Assembly (NCBI RefSeq): GCF_964204865.1
Contig: NC_135255.1
Span: forward strand, 10,230,001-10,294,000
Length of the DNA stretch: 64,000 nt
Origin: Styela clava
Lineage: Eukaryota
Direction: 5' to 3'
The notes under the pieces were generated by a model that was not told the origin of the DNA, searched no databases, and saw only the letters and a program-made list of their open reading frames with translations. A program made the translations under genes and the position numbers. Shown here one piece after another: positions 13,401 to 27,335 of the stretch. Each line of letters opens with the position of its first letter. The stretch's first letter is position 1.

Positions 13401-15152
13401 TTGTTTCAATATTAATAAAATAAATAGTGCTCCATCAGCTGGAAATTACAAAAACATCCCAATAACTGGAAAACTTCTTACTTCTTTTTGAACGGTCTCT
13501 TTCAAATATTCAGACGATAATTTGTGAAGTTTGATAAATGCAAGTAACTGTGGAAAACTTGCTTCGCGATTCTTGATATCTGCTTTCACCCAATATACTA
13601 TTGCTTCATAAATCACAGCTGGGGATAATGTTTGCTAAAACATGAAAATTATATAAAGAATAGTCGTTAATAAACCAAATATATATATTCCAATGTCACA
13701 TATATGTTTATGAAGCGATCACTCAAACAAGGCTTACGACAAGCCAACGGTAATTTTTGCGGAGTAATACCCTGGCAGATAGCTACCACCATGCGATTCA
13801 CAATAGCATGTTTGAATTTTTATACTATGTTGTGATATACATGAATTCAATAGAGAATGATATTGTTTTTCGCCTTCCTATAAGTATAGCGCATGTATTT
13901 ATTTTTTTACATTTTCGAATGAGGTATATTTGACAAATTACTTGGACTTGGTGTGCTGATATAAGCGACGTCAAATAAACTTCATCAATTTTCTTAAAAT
14001 CTTCCGTTAATGCAATATCTTTGAAATGAGTCACAGCATAGTCATCAGCAACGTCTTCCAGCTTTTGATTCTTATATGTATTCGCCAATTTTTTGGTACT
14101 AAGACAAGTTTTACCATCAATGCGACTTTGTAAGAACGAAAATATCCATTTACTAAGCTCTGAAACAAAATTTTATTGAGAAATATTCACACTTAAAACA
14201 CAATGAACGAAGAATAACAGTAAATTTTCTTTGTGATTAATTTTGAATATTCAGGAATTCACAATATTTAACTATTAAACTAAACAAGCAAGGAAGTAAA
14301 TGAAACTTTACAAACCATCCAGTTCTAGAAAACAAGCAGCTTTTAAAACTGGCTCCACAGAAGACATAGAAACTGAAATATCTCCACTATATATAAATTC
14401 AATGCATTGTTTCACTGCTTTCGGGTCAAAATCTTTCAGTTCAACTTTTGTCGCAGAAGGATTGTTATTCTAAAGTATTTGAATAAAATTTTATATTAAA
14501 ATAATGATTGCACACAATTAAATAGTGAAATTCCGAAATTTAATCCAAATGCTAATGAAATATTGGGTAACTATTTTATTATCAAACCTCCGAACTAATA
14601 TAATATCCCAAACATAAGGAAAATGAGATTGCCTTTGGTATTGTTAATACGCATTTATAACGCTTAAATCTGGAGTATTTTGAATAAGACTAATTTGTAA
14701 GATACAATCAAGAACATATAAAGATTTTGCAACATACTTCCTTCTTTTAAAAGTGCACTCTCCTAAATTTAGACAAATGTAGTGAAGAAATACTCCTAAA
14801 GAGCTTATAGCGTATCCATTTCCGTACATTTCGTTTTAGCTGTAATCTTATTTGAATAATTTTTCATGTTTTACCTTAGGTAAAAATAAACCTTGGAAAT
14901 ATTTTGATCTTGATGCAAGAACAAGTCTATGTGCTTGTATTTCCTGACCTCCAACGTGAATCTTAGCGTCACATAGTATCACTGCACTTTTAAAACTAAA
15001 TTTGAAAAATATTTTGATAAGAACATCATATAACTAACCAATTATGTTATTCATGATGCATTATTCGTACCATGTGATTGAAAAACATTTTTCTGAGCAG
15101 AACATAACGAGATTGTAACCTTTTTTTCTATTTTATTAGTATTTGTTACCAT
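10415..15152 (-). CDS. Kelch-like protein (BTB-BACK-Kelch), about 13 exons
   Basis: BTB: LCDAKIHVGGQEIQAHRLVLASRSKYF...VELKDFDPKAVKQCIEFIYSG. BACK: IYEAIVYWVKADIKNR..FPQLL. Kelch repeats: GSLYCIGGSNGRQDLNSVEKLDPTFGKW, KIYVMGG..AEYYDPFSNQW. The start exon is ambiguous (ATG at 15152 or 15105). Confidence 0.9.
12148..12186. repeat. Perfect 19-bp-arm palindrome in a kelch-gene intron
   Basis: CATCCAAAAATTACGTCAC-T-GTGACGTAATTTTTGGATG. Confidence 0.9.
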
Positions 15153-15665
15153 TATTCTTAATTTTAGCGCGAAATTTACAGTTGGTTTGAAATAACTTAT
15201 AGCTATTCGCTCAAATCTAAATTTGTAAACTTATGATCTCAAATAAACAAAATGCATTTAGAAAACAACAAATACAAATTTCGTAGATCAAATTCGAATT
15301 TCTTTCAGCTGAATACAATGTATAATGTTTTCTAACTAACAGTGATGACAGGGCGAATTAAATGTCACAAGCAAGCGGGAAAATACGATTTAGCTGAATC
15401 ATTAACGCTTATTAGGTATCGAGAATTTCGTTTCGCCAACATTTCAATTATAAACAGAGCACAGTATCGACAAACCTGCCAATGGAAATCATGGTTGAAG
15501 ATCGGTAGTGTAAAGCATATTCTTCTGATGTATTACATTCGTTTGCATTTGACATAGTGATGAAATAGGCCAGAGTATTCACTCGTTTTATGGCTATTAC
15601 TAAAACTTAGTTGTGAAAAATAGAATAGATTATTTACTGTGTACTGAGATGGGCATACTCAAAAC

Positions 15666-16372
15666 CAGGCCTGCACAACTCAAATTACCACGAGGTCCGC
15701 AAGCAAAAATCTGGAGGCCCGGCGGGCCGCACACTTTGCCACATACATATTTCACAAGATGAACTACAAATCAAAATAATATTGTGAAACAGTTAAATTT
15801 AATGAAACACTTTCATTACTGGGGAGCTTAAAAATATGGAGAATCTTATTTTCTTGAGTAAAAACAAGGTACAGTATTTTTGCATATGAGATGGCAAATA
15901 TGTATTTAGTGGTTCATCTACCTTGAAAACCCACCGTTCATTTTCAATATTTCTTTTTTAGTAGAATTAGGTATTGCGTGTTGCATTATAAACTGACTGC
16001 AGGAAAATATTTTACTCAGGTTCAGTTTTGTAAAATCGTCCCAAATATATGTATGCCAATTTATTTAGTCATATCTACCATTATTGGATATTTCCATTGT
16101 AGGCTAGACAAACAATCCGTTTAGTAGCAATAGATCGAGGGGTCGAGCGACGAATTTTAGGGGTCGCGAAGGGCACACCAATTTCACACAAAGTTCGATA
16201 TTTATTGAAACTAGTGCAAAACATAAATCTCACGATTTCGAATATGATCGGAGTAGCGACGCGCTTGCATAACAATGCCGGCTTTGGTTGTCAGACCCGA
16301 GAAGTGGCATGTTTCCAAATCACCCGCGGGCCGCACAGAACTAAGTAGCGGGCCTTATGTTATGCAGGCCTG
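15666..16372. mobile_element. Non-autonomous hAT element
   Basis: TIRs CAGGCCTGCA.../...TGCAGGCCTG, perfect 8-bp TSD CTCAAAAC, subterminal GCGGGCCG motifs. Confidence 0.9.
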
Positions 16373-17036
16373 CTCAAAACCATAGTCACAACGTCCTCAA
16401 CTAGTAACAGCAGACATCACCGAGCTATCATGAATACAACAATAACATTCAAGTATAGAATGCACATGATAGCGAAATGATAAACCTTTTCTCGATACAT
16501 TATTGCGACTTTCGTTACGTCCTACATGTTTTTACTGCAACGATGGCTCGGTATAAAGACGTGCAGATACACAATTACTAAATATAGTCTCAAATAAGAA
16601 TGCTTATACATCTTAGGCCCTGTTTGCGGTCTATGTCCAATCAGTTTCCGATTCTAAAAAGTACCGGAAGCACTAGTTCTGATTCTCAAATATCCAAGAT
16701 AATTTCAACTTCATCAAAAACAAAGTGTTACCACAAGAAAGTTCGATCCACAATTTGAACGTGTCAAATACACATGAAGCATAGTGGAATGACCTCAATA
16801 TATATTCTCATTTGCATTTTATCATTTGTTTTCAAAACATTACTTCATATTACATTCTATCAAAGTCATATTGCACGTTTGCACAAAAGGTAATCTAATG
16901 GTTTTTTTCCTGTCTTGTTGCTTCGTGGAGTGAAAGCTCATACCTCGCTTTACGTCATATCCATCCAAGATATCATCTTTTAAATCGAAATTGAATAAAG
17001 TGGAAATAATGGGATTAGTAAGCTCATACTGTGAAT

Positions 17037-17508
17037 CAGGGGTCGGCAACCTTTTGTTGCTCGCTGGCCAAATTTAAGGGTTGCAAGTCATTAGCGGGCC
17101 GCACATATTTTTAGAAAGTTGAAAATCGAACGGATAATACTTTTTATAATAAAATCAAGCAGTGATACATTTCTCGAATAAAATATAGGTTTATTTCCTC
17201 ATTGCATTGCATCTCAAAAAATCCCATTTGAATATTTTCGGCGCCATTGAACCCTTTGCTCTTAGCATCGACTTTTATGTGTTTTGTTGCCATTTATCTA
17301 AATATAATTAAATTATAGGCTCATTAAACGAGTAATTGTTAACTTTATCTTTCTTAGAGTATACTATAATTTAGTCTACACGCGTCTCACAATAAATTCT
17401 GTTACCTAAAGAATATAATCGTCAAAACAACTGTTTTATTACCATAATTCTATATTATATTAGTCCGGATTATATTACTCCGCGGGCCGTATAGGTTGCC
17501 GACCTCTG
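17037..17508. mobile_element. Non-autonomous hAT (Charlie-like) element
   Basis: TIRs CAGGGGTCGGCAACCT / AGGTTGCCGACCTCTG; degenerate 8-bp TSD CTGTGAAT/CTTTAAAT. Confidence 0.85.
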
Positions 17509-19181
17509 CTTTAAATGTTGGTCATTAAAACACAGTATAACATATATATATATATATATATATTAATCCCGAATTAGACTCGAGTTTTATAGAATTATTT
17601 CTGTAAATTCTTTACTACACTAAATTCGGAAAATTCTGTCTAACGTATGATCTGGTTCCCAAACTGTGGCTCAAATAGCCAAAAGAAATAACAATTTTAA
17701 TAACCTTGTTTGGGTCAATGTTAAATAAACATTAAATGAAAAACACATGAATCTTGTTTTAGTATATATTTTTAGCTTGTATGTAATTTTTATTTCATTG
17801 TTTTATATTGTTCTTTCCTGCAATTTGCGAAATAAATGATGACGGTAGTCTATGTCCTTTATTGAAACTTTTCATAGTTGGCAACCCTAACATCGCTTCC
17901 GTATAAAAGTGAACAATTTTAGTATTGTAATATTATTGTATTTATATGTCTAAATAATGTTTCTAATACAAAAAGCAAAAGTAGAGAACGTGTTGTATTT
18001 CATACGCTCCACGCAGTCAAAAACAAACCACAACAAAACAAGATAAAAGATACACTCCGACTCCGTACACGTTTTCACCTATTTTACTCTCATGTTCAAT
18101 TTGACTTTTAAATTAATTATAGAGCAATCTGTAATACAAAAAACGCTGTTGGAATAAACAGAGTAAAATTTTGAATTGATTCGTAGTTAAAAGCAATCTT
18201 ACTATTTCCCAAAGTACCTTGTACCCAAAGTACCTTGCAAAATATCACGGTTTATTAGGTCTGTCTATGTTTCGCCAAAGAACTCGGCGTTTCGTTAATA
18301 TTCCGAATCTCGAGAATTCTACGTTGTGGTCTTCATACAATGTCATGTGTTATCAAATCTCCTGAGGGTTCTGCGTTTTTTTCGGAGCATCGTCTGACGC
18401 TTTCAAATTGTGGACCAATGTTCACTGTCCACGTGAATGTGATATTTGACTCCAATTGGTCGTTTGTTTTCTGAACTGATTTTTAGTGATTTGTAATTTT
18501 CTTTGTTCGAGTTTGTGGCTCTGTGCTAAAACATTGGAGTATTATACTAAGCCTTTTCTGTTTCATTCTATTCGATATTTTGTGAGCGGTACGCGAGCTC
18601 ATTTTAACTAATGTTGCTGGCCCGCCAGGTTAAAAAGGCTATTAGGAACCATGCACTGAACTAAACATTTACGCAGGTCTACGACAACGTCACCCAAACT
18701 TGCAGTATACATCTACATACAGGCACATTGTTCTCATAAAAAATACCGATTTTTAAAATTACTGTACTTTTCTCATTGTGGGGTCGCGAGTATATATATG
18801 CAGTCTTCGATTTTACGAAAATTGGGGTCGCGGAAAAAAAGTTTAGCTCTACCATTCATTGTATCACAACTGGTTAATTGTATTCAAATCTGAGTATGTC
18901 ATCGCACATTGGACTCAGAGCACTAGATTTGATTGTAAACGACATAATCACTTTGCTTGAGACGTATTTTCAATGTTCCGTAACTGAATACATTTCGTTA
19001 TTTTATTTTCATCGGAGTGTCTCCAATGGGAATTTGTACCCAACAAAAACCTTAATCAAGTTATCAGATCAGGATAACTTTGCTTGGGATTACATTGTTA
19101 TTTCAAACTGTTCAAATAAAATACAAGGCCTTTATATACCTGGGCCCCAGATATATGCGTAATTAATACATGTGTTGTGGG

Positions 19182-19350
19182 CAGTGGTGGAATTAAATGT
19201 TTTTGTCAGCCGGTTCCATCACAAAAGTCATATTTTTCACCCGGTTCTGTTACAAAAAGTCAATGACAGTGACCAGTAATGCTAACCGGTTCGCTGATCT
19301 CATGTAATTCCGTGAGACGGTTCTATAGAACCGGCTGAATCCCACCACTG
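19182..19350. mobile_element. hAT MITE (~170 bp), copy 1
   Basis: TIRs CAGTGGTGGAATT / AATCCCACCACTG, perfect TSD GTTGTGGG; second copy at 45803. Confidence 0.9.
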
Positions 19351-19427
19351 GTTGTGGGTACACACAAATATTTTACACAACAACTTCGACAGGTTCCGCG
19401 CACGTTAGTAATAAAGATCTTCCTGTC

Positions 19428-20477
19428 CAGGGCTGCCACGTTCATCTGAATAAAAAACATCTAGATTGGAAAACAAAACATCCAAAAAAGATATCTAAAT
19501 ATGTTAGATATCTAAATAAGTTATTAAATTTAATGAGAAAAAAAGAGTGTACAATTGGTTCATTATATTACATCATACTGTCATAGTATATTTCGAAGAT
19601 CATTTGAAGTTGTTGCTACAGTTGCTTCAGAGGGATTTTTATATGTTTCTGCTGTAGATATTTTTTGGATACCGAAACAGGTTCCGTATGTGACGTGCAA
19701 CATTGTTTATTTGGAACTGGGTGGAATTTAATGATAACTAGTATTGCGTTCAGTGAACCTGTCTTCCTGCTGTTTCTTAGTTGTTTTTTTTCACAGTTTA
19801 TTGCACCCAATTTTTTTCATCATCAGCATTTAAATGATGCGGTAACATTGCTGTTGCTGTGTTATTGTTCCAATTTCTGACTTTCCAAGGTTGAGGTTTT
19901 GTAGCTGACTTTATGCCCTGCCGATAATGTTTTTTTGGGATAGCTATGTTTCATGACAGCTGACAGAATGTATGTCGTATCTCGTATGTTGCTGGCAAAA
20001 AAAACGAAGACATGCTCTTTAAAACAGTCAAATTTGTAGGTAGTCTCTGTTTCAGTTGTTTAGGTGAGATACTGAAGCTAAAAAAAACTTTGGCATATAC
20101 TTGATACCGTCAAGTTGCTCTCTCCAGTTTCGTGATAAAATCCTTTGGATTTAATATCAGGCGTATGATTTAAGTTTTATCAACCTTACATCTAAAGTTA
20201 ATTCTAGAAAATATTTGTTGTGAAAATTATTTAAAATCGAAGGAATCTAAAAATGCAGATTAACAAGAAATATTGGAACTCTCGAATCTTTTATAAAACA
20301 AATAACGTTACCAAACCATAACAATTACACACAATACCCACTGGACAATATTTAAAACATTTAAAAAATAAATCTAAATTTTATAGCTAACATCTAGACT
20401 CCAAATTTTACATCTAGATTTTGAACAAAACATCTAACGTTAGATCTAGCTATAAAACAACTAAAGTGGCAGCCCTG
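19428..20477. mobile_element. Non-autonomous hAT element (~1.05 kb)
   Basis: TIRs CAGGGCTGCCAC / GTGGCAGCCCTG, perfect 8-bp TSD TTCCTGTC, subterminal ACATCTAGA/ATCTAAA repeats. Confidence 0.9.
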
Positions 20478-20633
20478 TTCCTGTCGCCGCTCGGGGAGAC
20501 TGGATCTTAACGGCAGCCACTAGTGATATTATTGTGACGTCATAATAATACTGAATTAATTGTTGTTCAACAATGAAGAATTAGACAAAATTAGTATTGA
20601 GTGAAATACTATTTTATTCTGATTTCGAAACCC

Positions 20634-23600
20634 ATGGTAAGTGGCACTTTTTTCTATATATTTCATAAAAACAGCACTTTCATTTGGCTCGTTTTCTCCT
20701 CATTCATAGAAAATGGGCAAAGGAAGAAGGATTAGATTGTTCCGCCGCGAACATGGTTGGAAAAAATCGACCAGAAATCTTATCAAAATATTGAAAAATC
20801 GTTGCAATATTTTTGCACAAAAGAACAAAGCAAAGTGCTATGAGGTAATGTTATGATTATTTGTTGAAATAATTCAGCACTTGGATTCGAAAGGTTGGAA
20901 TGGGAATAGAAAATCGAATCAGATCTTAAAATATATAGTCTAATCTCCAATGCTTTCTTTCTTAATTATTGTAAGAAATGTACGCTACCCGATATTGTCT
21001 GGATTTTTCACGTTCGTGAATGATGATTCAGGAATTGCCAAATTGTGTTGGTCCATCCGAGTTCGAACGTATGGACCCAGATGAACAACCTATTCCATCA
21101 TTAGCTAGGGAACTCGGGGTTTTGATTTAATTAAATAGTCTGCATCTAATCAAGTCTATTAGCGCAAACTTTTCGGTGCTTCCGAAGTATTCGTACCAAG
21201 ATGGCGCACAACCTGAACATTATATGTCTGCCAGGTTAGGGTTGTTCAGGTTGTGCGCCATCTTAGTAGTTGGCGCTTCGGAAGTATTCAAATCAAGATG
21301 GCGCACAACCTAAGCATTGTATGTGTACCAGGTTATGGTTTTTCAGGTTGTGCGTCATCTTGATACGAATACTTTCGGAGCGCCAACTTTTCGGTCCTTG
21401 ATGGGGCTTCGTCGCCGCATATGATTAATTCGGATGCCTCGCCTGAATAAATCGGGTTTGAAAGAAGATTTTCGAATTCAAATTTACATTTTCGGCTCAG
21501 TGAAAAACGCAGCTGTATCGAAAATTGTGATAGACTAATAGTTGTGATCTCCGAGGCGATGAATTAATTTACTGCTTACAAGGCAACGCAGGATTGCGGT
21601 TTCGTTTTTTTTTATCTAAAGATCATGATATAAACCGTAATTTTCAATATCCCAAGAATGTATAGGTGTATTTTAATTATTGAGATCGGGATCTATACAG
21701 GTTCCTTCAGAAACACAGATACCGGATTCCGTATGGAGGAGGATAGCCAAATGGATCAGACGGCATTGTAAAAAAGTTAGTTCGAGTTAATTCTTATTTA
21801 TAAAATATTTCAATATATATTTATTTAAATAATTTATTTCTGCTATGGTCTCAGGAACGGATGCTCAAATCTCTTACACTTTTAGCCCCTATCAATACTT
21901 ATCCACGGATATCTATACCCAATTCCACAATTCCTGCAATTGTCCCTGACTGCACATAAAATCTTAGAACGATTAAAGTCCGTAAAAAAGTCAATCTAAT
22001 AAAGTTCACAACGGAAAAGTAAAAGATAACCATTCTCTTTCTAACATTTCAGCTGTGCGTCTGCACATCGGCACATCGATCTGAAAGCTCAAATGATGTT
22101 TCGGAAGAAAAAGTAATTCTTATTTGATAAAAATTATTTTAACTTGTTCTCACGTTTTTTTATCAGCTCATTATCGTTGGTGTCTAAAGGAGTATTCTTT
22201 ATCCGTGGTATTCATATCAGAGATCTCTGATATGTACCCTTGTATGCGTGTTTCAGAGATATGGAATTCTGTTGCAGTGCTTCCAGAAATAGATATATAA
22301 ATATATCGACAACCAAATCCTGATATATACCAGCCACTAAACGCTAAAACCTCGCCAGTACCACGACACTGAAGAGTAAGACCCGACCCCTGCTTCTGCT
22401 TACATTAGCAATATTAGTAATATATCTGTTCTGTATGGTTAATTAGGACGTGATTAAATGTAACCATTTCCGTCTATTCTCAGGCATGTGCTTGCTCACC
22501 GATCAACGTGGTAGTAAACAGTGCCAGTATAATCACACTAAAAAAGGTGAATATATATTATAGTTTGTTTCCGTTACAAATTGAATTATTTTTCTTGACT
22601 AATGTAGCTTATATCAATTTTCCGCTCCCAAGTTTATAAAAAAAATCATGTGTACATTATAGCCCAAATACAGAATAATACAGTCGTGTTCAATTCCAAC
22701 GTTTTAAAATTCAGTTCTATTTATACACATTTATTATCTTTCATTTTCAAGCTCCCAGTTTGTACAACAAGTGACTTATCTGGAAGTTCCAGTGAGGCTG
22801 CACCCGTGCCGATAGTAAAGGTAACACGACAAACTCTCTTTATATCATAAAAATTACGTTTATTCGTTGGCTTTTAAATATCATATACACGAGCAATTGA
22901 TCTACATAAAAAAATCTGCATTATGTATCATTTACCCAAAACATATTTTAATTCATCACAAGTGCTATTATTATGAATTTCATTTTAGTTTTTAGATTCG
23001 AAACCTTCGACATCAAAAGATCCATTTGAAGGAGAGGAAGATTCTGAACTATCATCCTTGTGGTATAGAATCCCCACATGCTATTCGGATGATGTAAAAT
23101 TTTACGCTTTCATATTACTTCCCAAATTTTTTTGTTTGTCTTAATAATATTTTATAATTCAGGACTCAAGCCCAGAACCAACTCCTCGACCGTTCGCTAA
23201 AATAGTGGAACAGAGGCTAAGTCTCGATTATATAGAAAGAGTAAGTATTTTAATTAGGAATTAAAATTATGTTCTAATTTGGGGACTAAATAATTATACT
23301 TCTTTATTTTCAGATGGATATAGAATACGCTATTATTCGTTCTATGGTAAGATGAGATCCATGAATGATTTGCTTTTCAGTGAATACTATTTGCAAGATG
23401 TTGTAACAGAAATATTTAACATTTTACTAATAATTTTACAGGATACAGAGCAATGCGAGTCTCCAGATTTCATGGAGACATTGCCACGACCAGGCGACGT
23501 AATGACTGATTTATATATTGTATATATATAGTAAATCCTATACAGATAAATCTAAAATTTACTTTCTTTTTTCAGAATAAACCAAAGATGAGCTTTTTTG

Positions 23601-25640
23601 CCGGATGGGACGGGGTATGTTCCGTCCGAAATATATTTTGAATGTTGAGATAATACTAAGTAGCCTAAGAATATTTAGACAATGTCTTGAAATTTTGTTT
23701 TTAAAAATACATTTTCATGCATTCTATATTATAAACAAGTTTTATTTCAAAACCTCTAGTTGAGCCAGAAAAGATTTTGGGTCTTTATCGCTGTCCCATT
23801 TGGATATTACAGTTATAGTGTATTTTTCCAAATGCTGGATGATGAAAAGGTAATTCACCTACGTTTCTATAATATTTTTATTTTGTTTCAGCCGAATCCA
23901 TTTATCCGGCTTCCAGGACAAACACCTCCGGGTTCCTGTACTCCAAGTGTATGGGAGGGGTTCACAGAGCTCAGGGTTTGTTGTTTTCTCCTGTTGCCCA
24001 AGTTTGAGTGAAACCAAATTAATTGAGCATTGATATTATTTCGAAAAAAATATGGGTTTTTATAATTACTCGAACTGCTATAATTCTCTTCCACTATTCA
24101 TCCATGTTTACAATGTTGCATTGTTGTGCAATTTTGTACGAATGGCAGACTGTTCCACTATGCTAGTTGTTAGTAGATCTCACATATCCACCGTTGTTGG
24201 AATTATTTACGTCACATAATGATGCATGCCTTTTAAAAAGTATTTCTGATACAAAACCTTTTATATGAACAGAATTCAACTACTTTCTTTCGGCCTATTT
24301 CTCCTTCATCATCTTCATTTGGAAGTGGAGACTCTGAAGTTGAAACAAACAAAATCCATGAGGTTGACGTCTCGTTTACTATTGTTCTATATAATATATA
24401 TATTAGCGCAATGTGTTTTTGTATTGTGTACCCAACTTACAAATTACTAGAACATTGTTCAAAAGTATGTATTTTATGTAAAAAATATTGTTAGCGGCCA
24501 GTCCAAAACAGAAGCGCATACAGAATCTTATATTCATCTGTATATCACTCAGCATGCAACTGATCAATTTTGATAATATATGTTAAGCATTCTAGTAATG
24601 CTATTGCACATTTATTCGTTTCATACAATCATAAATATTAATAAAAAAAAATGATAAGAAAATAATATATAATCCGGACATTCATCTACAGGTCGATGCG
24701 ATCTCTATTGAAAGAAAGGAGGCGGGTAATGCAAATGTGGGTCAAGGTTTTATATAATAGTTCATATAATTTGGTGAATTGGTATATATGTAATTTTTTT
24801 TATTATCGTTATATTGTCTTGTTGTAGACCGAAGTTGAACAACTAATGGATTGGTTGCTCAAGAAAGTTGAGAAAAACATTGGGGAAATCGGAGATACAG
24901 AATCGGATTTGATGGTGAATACAAATTCTACTTTGTTATATATATACATATAGTTTGAAGCTCGTTTTAAAGGATTCATTCAACAAAGGAAATTCTATTT
25001 ATTAATTTACCCAAGGAAGTTTACCAAGAATTCAAAGTTATAGAAAGATTCTGAATTTCTCCATAAAATTTAATTACTTGAATCATACACAAGTCATTTT
25101 TTTTTCATTCTATATATATTCTTTCTGATTTATACTAGGGAGCGAATCTTGTTCAAGAGGAAGATATCGCACCACGATTCGACCTAGCCATAGTTGAAGA
25201 AATAGTCAATGCAGACACGGTATGCCGAGAATTAAATTGCTGTATTTTATTAAAACCCCGGCCTATTAACCGAATGTTCTATATATATGTACCCATACAA
25301 AATATATGTTATCATTTGTTCAGTTCCAAATTTTTTTTTATTTGAGCTTGGTTGGGTAAATCAGTTGTTCATGATCGATAAAACTAAGTGGAAAACGAGA
25401 TTGAAGAACACCCAGTTTTCTACAACAAAATTCTACTTTTGCAGATTGATCCAACAATTGTGGATGAAGTTGAAGAAGAAGATATTGAAGTAAGACTAAG
25501 TTAGAATAATTGTTGGCTGTCTGTTACATCTACGAATTAAACGGGGAAGATTAATAATGTAATATGTTTTGTAATATTTTTAGATGGTGGTGGCAGAATG
25601 TATGAGTTGGATGCTTGGAGAGATTGAAAAGAGAATATAG
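20634..25640 (+). CDS. Orphan protein of about 430 aa from about 19 small exons: basic/Cys N-terminus, UIM-like motif, acidic C-terminus
   Basis: Consecutive AG..GT exons join into one open frame: M|KMGKGRRIRLFRR..CYE|VPSETQIPDSVWRRIAKWIRRHCKK|LCVCTS..|ACACSP..|..|MDIEYAIIRSM|..|TEVEQLMDWLLKKVEKN..|..|MVVAECMSWMLGEIEKRI*. AATAAA near 26297. Confidence 0.75.
21175..21384. mobile_element. Merlin-like MITE made of two tandem hairpin units
   Basis: GGTGCT...AGCGCC ends, 8-bp TSD AACTTTTC, repeated CAAGATGGCGCACAACC / GGTTGTGCGCCATCTT. Confidence 0.8.
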
Positions 25641-27335
25641 GATGGAACTGGATTTCCTGGGCGGAATTGCAGAATATCGAATCACGACTTCTCGTCTGGC
25701 GAAGATCCATCCTTATAGGAAATTCTGCAAGAAGAATAAAGACTGCTACAAGGGATCACGTGTCACCGTAAGCATAAGAATGTAACATAATCCACCCACG
25801 TCAGACTTTCTCAAACCTTACGTTTTACAGTTACTTAAATACATTGTTTCTGTCTCGCACAACCTTTCATATTTCTGAGTAAAATGCACCAACATGTCAA
25901 CACTAAATAATGGTAAACCTTGAATGTATTCTTTTTTCTATTTTCAGGATCCCAGATTCAAATTGAATCAGATCCACATTGAGGTGGATTACATCAAAAG
26001 AAGTTGACTGGTGCAGTCAGCAGTCAGTATGCGCCCGGTACGGGGTACCATCTTGGCGTTGAAGACCTGAATTTTATTAGAGAACCTAAGTGTGCTTAAG
26101 CAAGGAGCCATGGCAAGAAGAGCGATACGATCAATATAACATGCGATATGATAGCTAAATGAAGTTGAGATGGTTCGACTTCAATTATGCCGCTGTTTGG
26201 GCGGTAAATGTCAAGATCGAATGAGTTTGTGTTTGTAACTTGTATAAAATTGTCATTGGTGAAATTCGCAAGTAGACAAATTATATACTACTTTCGAATA
26301 AACATTCAGTTTAAAATAGAGGAATGTGCCAATTTTATGTATATATGTCAAATATTATAACCTTCTCACTGTAATAAATACATTCAATCTTATGCAATGC
26401 AAGAACACTTTTCCTTATCTCTTAATGATGGGTATCGATTTGCGTATGTATTCTTTATTAATTCGTAAGATCTGTGAATTTGTATCAAATTATGTAATGA
26501 TATAAATATGACATATACTCATCTAGATATATATGATTACATCTTGTGAGACGTAAATACCTATTCATTATAATGTATTTGGTAACATTATGATAATGTT
26601 TAGTTTTACCATATGTTTTCGTTGAAATGATTATTGTCATAAATGCCATAAATAAGATCGGCAAAAAGTAATATTTGTGTCTCGAAAGTTTGGTGTGACA
26701 ACTTCTGCGATTGGTTATTGAACTAATGAGCAATTTGGCTGTTATGAAGTTGGCCATTACACTAGTGGACAAGTCGCCAGGCACCGCTCATCTATCTTTT
26801 ACTGGTGAATAAGGTTGTTTGCCAGAATATAGCGTTTGGTATCTCCCGTAATGTAAGATAATCGGGACAGTCGTGATCAGGCAACACTTCCAAAAACCAA
26901 TTAGCATATTTCATTCTTACGGTCCATGTTACAGTCTCTAAAACGTTTCGCTGTGTTCAATCATTAGAATCGATATATATATAGCATTTTAATATTTCTG
27001 AAAAACTTTGGTTACAATGACTTGATGGTTAAAGTTACCATCACAGGGTAAAAGTCTCAGGTTCAAATAACATGACCATACCCTTACCTAGGATGTGATA
27101 AATTGGGTAGTCAACGTGTACCCTGGAAAGATCCCGGTCCCTTCAAACGATAGTAGCTTCTAGCAGTGACATTTATTCATAGCCTTGTTTTGATTGAAAG
27201 AAAGCCCCGTTTTGGCATAAGGAATAACTAATCAAAACATGAATATAAAAATTGAAGCATATTCTCGCGTTCTTGTTTTTCATTTGTTAAAGACACTAGG
27301 TATTTTAGACAGTGTGGCTATAATAAGTAATAAGA

